NCBI GenBank assembly: GCA_039638295.1
Contig: JBDIWJ010000043.1
Coordinates: 1 to 13,024 of the forward strand
Origin: Candidatus Phoenicimicrobium oleiphilum
GTDB taxonomy: Bacteria; Atribacterota; Phoenicimicrobiia; Phoenicimicrobiales; Phoenicimicrobiaceae
Direction of reading: 5' to 3'
DNA length: 13,024 nucleotides
Shown: positions 7,677 to 13,024 of the stretch, piece after piece
Numbering within the stretch: position 1 is the first letter of the stretch
Layout: every line of letters begins with the position of its first letter
The notes under the pieces: model-generated
Told to the model about the DNA's origin: nothing
Seen by the model: the letters and a program-made list of their open reading frames with translations, nothing else
The model's database searches: none
Program-made: the position numbers and the translations under genes

Positions 7677-8039
7677 AGGAAACCAGCTAAAACTTTTCAA
7701 GATTTAATAGTATGGCAAAAGTCGTATAAGTTTGTTCTTGATTTATATAAATTAACAAAAGAATTCCCAAAAACTGAAATTTATGGTTTGTCCTCCCAAA
7801 TTCGACGTTCAGCTGTATCAATTCCTGCTAATATTGCTGAAGGATTTAAGAGGAAAGGAAAAATTGATAAAGCCCGTTTTATGAATATTGCTCATGGGTC
7901 TTTAGAAGAATTGCGCTGTTACTTATTTTTAGCAAGTGATCTTGGATATTGTGATTCTTCACAACATTTATTACAAATTGAAGAAATAAGTAAATTATTA
8001 GAAGCATATTATAATTCACTTCTGAATTCTGACTCCTGA
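7674..8039 (+). CDS. Four helix bundle protein (TIGR02436 / 23S rRNA intervening-sequence protein / Avd-like family)
   Basis: 121 aa with the family signature FQDLIVWQKS...LY..T..FP..E.YGL.SQIRRSAVSIPANIAEG..R......F..IA.GSL.E....L..A..LGY. Confidence 0.93.
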   Translation: MRKPAKTFQDLIVWQKSYKFVLDLYKLTKEFPKTEIYGLSSQIRRSAVSIPANIAEGFKRKGKIDKARFMNIAHGSLEELRCYLFLASDLGYCDSSQHLLQIEEISKLLEAYYNSLLNSDS

Positions 8040-8050
8040 CTACTGAATAC
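8018..8050 (-). repeat. Right (inverted) heptamer arm of the four-helix-bundle cassette
   Basis: ACTTCTG-AATTCTG-ACTCCTG-ACTACTG-AATAC. The reverse complement of 8026-8050 matches 7651-7675 at 22/25. Contains the TGA stop (8037-8039). Confidence 0.9.
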
Positions 8051-8088
8051 ATAAGTAAATTATTTTTAAATAAGGAGAAATGTTTTTT

Positions 8089-10740
8089 ATGAAATATATG
8101 TCTAGTTGCGAAATTAGAGAAAAATTTTTAAAATTCTTTGAAAGTAAAGGACACAAAATAATCCCCAGTGCATCTCTGGTTCCTGCAGATCCCAGTATTT
8201 TATTAACCATTGCTGGCATGGTTCCCTTCAAACCAATATTTTTGGGTCAGGTTAAGTCATCTTTGAAAAGAGCTACTACGTGTCAAAAATGTATTCGAAC
8301 AACTGATATTGAAAATGTAGGTAAAACAGCTCGTCATCATACATTTTTTGAGATGTTGGGAAATTTTTCTTTTGGTGATTATTTTAAGAAAGAGGCGATT
8401 CAATGGGGATGGGAATTTTTTACTGAGGTTATAGGATTTCCAGAGGAAAAGTTATGGGTGTCGATATATAAGGATGACAATGAAGCTTACGATATATGGC
8501 ACAATCTTATTGGACTTCCCGAGGGAAAAATTATTAGATTAGGAGAAGAAGATAATTTTTGGAAAGTTGGGCCTACTGGTCCTTGTGGACCTTGTTCGGA
8601 AATTTATATTGACTTAGGAGAAGAGAAAGTATCAGAAAAGGGTGGAGGAGTTGGAGTGGATGGCGAAAGATATTTGGAATTATGGAACTTAGTATTTATG
8701 CAATACAACCGTAATGAAGATGGTTCACTTACTCCTTTACCAAAAAAGAATATAGATACCGGCTTGGGTTTAGAAAGAATAGCATCTGTGTTACAAAAAG
8801 CTGATACTGATTTCGAAACAGATCTATTTTTTCCTATTATAAATTTTGTTGCTAAGAATGCAGGCGTAAAATATCATGAAGATGAGAAAAAAGATTTAGC
8901 TTTAAAAGTAATTGCTGACCATATAAGAGCTTTAGTTTTTATGATTGCTGATGGAATTATGCCTTCAAATGAAGGACGGGGATATGTGCTTCGAATGTTA
9001 TTGAGAAGAGCTTTTCGTTATGGTAGATGGCTTAATTTTAATCAGCCTTTCTTATATGAAATTGCTCCTGTGGTAATTAACCTAATGAAGGATGTATATC
9101 CTGATACAGCAAAAGCAGAAGGTCAAATTTGTCAAATAATACTTACAGAAGAGAGAAAATTTCAAGAAACTCTAAATGTGGGAATTCAAATTTTAGATAC
9201 GATGAAAAATGAATTAAAGAAAAAGAATAGGAAAATGCTTGGAGGAGAAGATGCATTTAAGCTTTATGATACTTATGGTTTTCCTATAGAATTAACTAAA
9301 GATATTCTTAAAGAGGATGGATTTGGAATTGACGAAGAAGATTTTGAACAAGAGATGAAAATTCAAAGAGAAAGATCACGAAAAATTTGGGTAGAATCGA
9401 AAATTAATTTTCAAAGTAATAAAGACAAAGAGATAATTTATGAGAAAATTCTTAAAGATTGCGGAGAAACAGAATTTACTGGATATGAATGTAAGATGGA
9501 AAAAGCCAAAGTAATCGCCATTATAAAAGAGGGCAAAATAGTAAGCAAGGTAAAAGAAGGGGATAAATGTGAAATAATTTTAAATAAAACTCCATTTTAC
9601 GCTGAAAAAGGCGGGCAAATTGGAGACCGAGGAGAATTTATATCCTCTAAAAAAAATGATAATTTACTACTTGCCATATCAGATACTCAAAGCCCTGTCG
9701 AAGGTCTTGTTGTCCATTTTGGAAAGGTAGTTAAAGGTGAAATAAAAATTAATGAAGAGGTAGTCGCCAAAGTAGATTTAACCAGAAGAAATGCGATTGC
9801 CCGAAATCATACCGCTACCCATCTTTTACATCGCGCGCTTAGAGATGTATTAGGAAATCATGTAAAACAATCAGGGTCCTTAGTAAATGATACCCATCTT
9901 CGCTTTGATTTTAATCACTTTGCCCCCTTAACTAAAGATGAATTAGATAAAGTAGAAGAATTAGTAAATAGAAAAATATTAGAAAATTTGGAAATAGAAA
10001 CAAAGGTAACCAGTTTTGACCAGGCCAGGGAAATGGGAGCGATTGCCCTCTTTGGAGAAAAATATGGAGAAAAAGTAAGGGTAGTAAAGATAGGAGAATA
10101 CAGTTTAGAATTATGTGGAGGAACACATTTAGAGAATACATCCAATATTGGTTTATTTAAAATATTAAATCAAGAAGGAATAGGAAGTAGTATAAGAAGG
10201 ATAGAAGCTGTAACTGGTGAATATGCCCTAAGATATGTTAAAGAAAGAGAAAATATTATAGACGATATTTCTGATAAATTACAAGTTGTTCCTTCGGAAA
10301 TTATCGTAAAATTGGATCAAATATTAGATAATCTTAATAATTTAAAGCGAGAAATTAAAATTACTCGAAATAGATTGGCTCGGTATGAAATTGAGGAAAT
10401 AATTTCTAAAATAAGAAAAATTAAAGAAATAAATATTATATCGGCTAAAGTTGAAGCTTCAGATAATAGTGATTTAAGAAATTGGGGAGACCTGATTAAA
10501 GAAAAGATTAAGTCAGGCATAATATTATTAGGAACGAAAATAGAAGAAAATAGAGTTGCTTTGTTGGTTATGGTAACTGATGATCTGGTAATGAAGGGTT
10601 TTGATGCTGTAAAGATTATAAAATCAATAGCTCCAATTGTAAATGGAAAAGGTGGAGGCAAAAAAACATTGGCTCAAGCAGGGGGGTCAGAAGTCAATAA
10701 ACTAAACCAGGCTTTAGCCAAAATATACGAAATTATTTAA
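8089..10740 (+). CDS. alaS: Alanine--tRNA ligase
   Basis: AGMVPFKP, CQKCIR, RHHTFFEMLGNFSFGDYFK, GPCGPCSEI, IDTGLGLER, editing HTATHLLH and ELCGGTH, C-terminal GKGGG...AQAGG. Start at 8089 preferred over 8080 on spacing from AAGGAG (8072-8077). Confidence 0.97.
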   Translation: MKYMSSCEIREKFLKFFESKGHKIIPSASLVPADPSILLTIAGMVPFKPIFLGQVKSSLKRATTCQKCIRTTDIENVGKTARHHTFFEMLGNFSFGDYFKKEAIQWGWEFFTEVIGFPEEKLWVSIYKDDNEAYDIWHNLIGLPEGKIIRLGEEDNFWKVGPTGPCGPCSEIYIDLGEEKVSEKGGGVGVDGERYLELWNLVFMQYNRNEDGSLTPLPKKNIDTGLGLERIASVLQKADTDFETDLFFPIINFVAKNAGVKYHEDEKKDLALKVIADHIRALVFMIADGIMPSNEGRGYVLRMLLRRAFRYGRWLNFNQPFLYEIAPVVINLMKDVYPDTAKAEGQICQIILTEERKFQETLNVGIQILDTMKNELKKKNRKMLGGEDAFKLYDTYGFPIELTKDILKEDGFGIDEEDFEQEMKIQRERSRKIWVESKINFQSNKDKEIIYEKILKDCGETEFTGYECKMEKAKVIAIIKEGKIVSKVKEGDKCEIILNKTPFYAEKGGQIGDRGEFISSKKNDNLLLAISDTQSPVEGLVVHFGKVVKGEIKINEEVVAKVDLTRRNAIARNHTATHLLHRALRDVLGNHVKQSGSLVNDTHLRFDFNHFAPLTKDELDKVEELVNRKILENLEIETKVTSFDQAREMGAIALFGEKYGEKVRVVKIGEYSLELCGGTHLENTSNIGLFKILNQEGIGSSIRRIEAVTGEYALRYVKERENIIDDISDKLQVVPSEIIVKLDQILDNLNNLKREIKITRNRLARYEIEEIISKIRKIKEINIISAKVEASDNSDLRNWGDLIKEKIKSGIILLGTKIEENRVALLVMVTDDLVMKGFDAVKIIKSIAPIVNGKGGGKKTLAQAGGSEVNKLNQALAKIYEII

Positions 10741-10775
10741 ACAGTATAACAGTATCGAGTATCGAGTATATAGTA
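10741..10775 (+). repeat. Heptamer tandem array (AGTATCG type) directly after the alaS stop
   Basis: AC-AGTATAAC-AGTATCG-AGTATCG-AGTATAT-AGTA, 28 nt identical to 168-195. Confidence 0.9.
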
Positions 10776-10792
10776 AAGACAATAAAAAATAT

Positions 10793-10815
10793 GTAGGACA
10801 GGCGTCTCGCCTGTC
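10793..10815 (+). repeat. GTAG-type REP-like hairpin
   Basis: GTAG-GACAGGCG-TCT-CGCCTGTC, a perfect 8-bp stem directly after GTAG. Confidence 0.7.
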
Positions 10816-10844
10816 TAAATCTTTAGTAATTAGAAAATTGTATT

Positions 10845-10880
10845 AATTGGTAAATTGGAAAATCGGGGCATTGGTGAATT
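10845..10880 (+). repeat. Degenerate octamer tandem array before ruvX
   Basis: AATTGGTA-AATTGGAA-AATCGGGG-CATTGGTG-AATT. Confidence 0.55.
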
Positions 10881-10885
10881 AAATT

Positions 10886-11308
10886 ATGCGAATTTTAGGT
10901 ATAGATTTAGGCGAAAAAAGGATTGGAATTGCTATAAGCGATGAATTAGGAATTACCGCTCAAGGGCTACCGATAATTCCTTCAACCACTGAAGACGAGA
11001 ACATTAAAAAAATTAAAAAATTAGTTGATAAATATGATGTTAAAAAAATTATTTTAGGGTTACCTAAAAATATGAATGGAACTTTGGGTAAGCAGGCAGA
11101 AAAATCTCTTTCCTTTGCCCGAAAAATTAAAAATATTTATCAAATACCAGTAGAATTAGAAGATGAACGTTTAAGCACTTCAAAGGCGGAAAAGTTATTA
11201 ATTCAAGCTGATAGGAGTCGAAAGAAGCGAAAAAAAGTTATTGATAAGATGTCAGCAGTAATTATTCTTCAATCATATTTAGATAGAAGGATGATGAATA
11301 AAGATTAA
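10886..11308 (+). CDS. ruvX: Holliday junction resolvase-like / pre-16S rRNA nuclease RuvX (YqgF)
   Basis: MRILGIDLGEKRIGIAISD, GLPKNMNG, DERLST, IDKMSAVIILQSYLD; usual position after alaS. Confidence 0.95.
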   Translation: MRILGIDLGEKRIGIAISDELGITAQGLPIIPSTTEDENIKKIKKLVDKYDVKKIILGLPKNMNGTLGKQAEKSLSFARKIKNIYQIPVELEDERLSTSKAEKLLIQADRSRKKRKKVIDKMSAVIILQSYLDRRMMNKD

Positions 11309-11312
11309 AAAA

Positions 11313-12260
11313 ATGAACTTCATTCATAAATTATTTTTCATATTTTCTTTAGTATTTTTAATTATTATCTTATTTTTTACTGCAGTATATTCCCCCTTTA
11401 ATGAGAATTCTACAATCCATAAAATTATTAATATTCCATCTGGCACCAATGCAAGAGAAGTGGTAAATATTTTAGAAGAGAATGAGATAATTGGAAAAAA
11501 TAATTATGCATTGAGAGTCTTAATAAAATTGTTAAAATTGGAAGAGAGATTGAAGTATGGGGAATATGATTTAAGCCCGGCAATGAATATGATACAAATT
11601 TTAAAAAAATTGGTTAAAGGGGAAGTGGTTTTATATAAAGTTACCATTCCTGAAGGTTATAATTGTGAACAAATTGCAGAATTATTAGATAAAAAAGGGA
11701 TTGCAAAAAAAGAATCTTTTCTAAATCTGGTAAAAAATGGTAAAAAATCCTGGGAAGGTTATTTATTCCCTGATACCTATGAAGTACCAAAAGGATATGG
11801 TTCAGAGAATATGCTTAAACTTTTATTATTGAACTTTAATCAGGAAATGGATAAACTTACAACTAAAGTTGAAGAGAATCAGTTTTCTTTGCACGAAATA
11901 ATTACCCTGGCTTCTATAATTGAAAAAGAGGTAAAATATAATGACGAAAAAAGCAAAGTTTCCTCAGTATTTCATAATCGGTTGAAAAACGGTATGAAAT
12001 TACAATCTTGTGCTACCATCCAATATATTTTAGGGAAACCAAAAGAAAAATTGGAAGAATCTGATTTGAAAATTGATTCACCCTATAATACATACCTCTA
12101 TAAAGGTCTTCCCCCAGGACCAATCTGTAATCCCGGACTTGACTCAATTATTGCTGCTCTTGAACCCGAAAAGGGCGATTGGTTATATTTCATTTTAGGA
12201 GAAAACGGAAGACATATTTTTTCTAAAACTTATCAAGAACATCTCAAAAACAAAATGTAA
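11313..12260 (+). CDS. mltG: Endolytic transglycosylase MltG (YceG family)
   Basis: N-terminal TM helix, VTIPEG, EGYLFPDTY, LASIIEKE, VFHNRL..GM.LQS, SPYNTY...GLPPGPICNPG. Confidence 0.95.
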   Translation: MNFIHKLFFIFSLVFLIIILFFTAVYSPFNENSTIHKIINIPSGTNAREVVNILEENEIIGKNNYALRVLIKLLKLEERLKYGEYDLSPAMNMIQILKKLVKGEVVLYKVTIPEGYNCEQIAELLDKKGIAKKESFLNLVKNGKKSWEGYLFPDTYEVPKGYGSENMLKLLLLNFNQEMDKLTTKVEENQFSLHEIITLASIIEKEVKYNDEKSKVSSVFHNRLKNGMKLQSCATIQYILGKPKEKLEESDLKIDSPYNTYLYKGLPPGPICNPGLDSIIAALEPEKGDWLYFILGENGRHIFSKTYQEHLKNKM

Positions 12261-12292
12261 ACAAAGGTGCCTGGCACCTTTGTTTACATTTT
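12252..12292. repeat. 41-bp perfect inverted repeat (20-bp arms) spanning the mltG stop codon
   Basis: AAAATGTAAACAAAGGTGCC-T-GGCACCTTTGTTTACATTTT. Confidence 0.9.
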
Positions 12293-12305
12293 AAGGAGAA
12301 AGTTT

Positions 12306-12917
12306 ATGAAACCGTTAATAATAGGTATTGCAGGAGGAACTGGATCAGGAAAAACTACAGTCGCTAATCGGATATATGAAAGTTTAAAAGGAGTAAATGT
12401 AGTAGTAATTCAACAAGATGCATATTATAAAGATTTAAGTCATCTTCCTTTAGAAGAAAGGAAGAAAATAAATTTTGACCACCCATCTGCTTTTGATAAT
12501 GATCTTTTGATAGAACATTTAAAGAAATTAATTAGGGGAGAAGAGATTGAAAAACCTATATATTCATTTACCGATTATACTCGCAAAAAGGAGACTGAAA
12601 AAGTTTTTCCTCAAGATATAATTATATTAGAAGGAATTTTAGTATTAGAAGAAGAGAGAATAAGAGACCTTTTAGATATTAAAATTTATGTCGATGCTGA
12701 TGAGGATGAAAGATTTATAAGAAGATTAGTGAGGGATACCAAAGAAAGAGGACGAACTATGGAATCAGTGATTGAACAGTATTTAAATGTAGTAAAACCA
12801 ATGTTTTTACAGTTTGTAGAACCTTCGAAAAGATATGCTGACATTGTTATTCCCCAGGGTGGTCTTAATGATGTTGCAATTGATATAATAGTAAGCAAGA
12901 TAAAATCTCGTACTTAA
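12306..12917 (+). CDS. udk: Uridine kinase
   Basis: [62 protein letters not shown]. Start moved to ATG 12306 after AAGGAG (12293-12298). Confidence 0.95.
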   Translation: MKPLIIGIAGGTGSGKTTVANRIYESLKGVNVVVIQQDAYYKDLSHLPLEERKKINFDHPSAFDNDLLIEHLKKLIRGEEIEKPIYSFTDYTRKKETEKVFPQDIIILEGILVLEEERIRDLLDIKIYVDADEDERFIRRLVRDTKERGRTMESVIEQYLNVVKPMFLQFVEPSKRYADIVIPQGGLNDVAIDIIVSKIKSRT

Positions 12918-12930
12918 TTTAGTATATAGT

Positions 12931-13017
12931 TGACAACTAGCATAACATCGTGTACCAAAATTATAGCATAACATCGTGTACTGTCTAATACTATTCTATA
13001 GCATAACATCGTGTACT
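12931..13017. repeat. Three exact 18-bp direct repeats, possible transposon end (runs to the window edge)
   Basis: TAGCATAACATCGTGTAC at 12938-12955, 12964-12981 and 12999-13016, with spacers of 8 and 17 nt. Preceded by TGACAAC at 12931. Confidence 0.8.
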
Positions 13018-13024
13018 ATTTGTT

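Noticed and set aside
7674..8039. Diversity-generating retroelement or 23S rRNA intervening sequence
   Set aside because: No reverse transcriptase, no TR/VR pair and no rRNA sequence in the window.
3302..12898. All minus-strand ORFs in the track (3302-3484, 3609-3890, 4092-4301, 4326-4736, 5157-5678, 8040-8231, 9915-10145, 9932-10141, 10317-10661, 12686-12898)
   Set aside because: Antisense shadows of well-supported genes, rich in F/S/L/I as expected from A-rich sense codons, with no recognisable domains.
12938..13016. CRISPR array interpretation of the triple repeat
   Set aside because: The repeat is only 18-21 nt, spacers are 8 and 17 nt, and no cas genes are seen. This does not fit CRISPR geometry.

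Overview
AT-rich bacterial chromosomal window with all genes on the + strand: 3' end of asnS, aspS, a 6S RNA gene with its own sigma70-type promoter, 5-formyl-THF cyclo-ligase, ribosomal protein S1, an isolated PilB/GspE-type ATPase, a four-helix-bundle (23S-IVP/Avd-like) gene, alaS, ruvX/yqgF, mltG and udk. The coding content is mostly housekeeping, but the intergenic DNA is highly structured. (i) The four-helix-bundle gene is bracketed by inverted arrays of 7-bp tandem repeats that supply its RBS, start codon and stop codon. (ii) Gene-less arrays of related 7-8 bp repeats sit just after the stop codon of most housekeeping genes, including a 28-bp exact copy pair and a 17-bp exact copy of the cassette's left arm. 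This suggests a stop-codon-targeting cassette system that leaves scars. (iii) GTAG-type REP hairpins and a 41-bp palindrome occur in the same spacers. (iv) The window ends in three 18-bp direct repeats resembling a transposon end. S1 appears to have seven S1 domains rather than the usual maximum of six. All calls come from motif recognition by eye; no searches were run.
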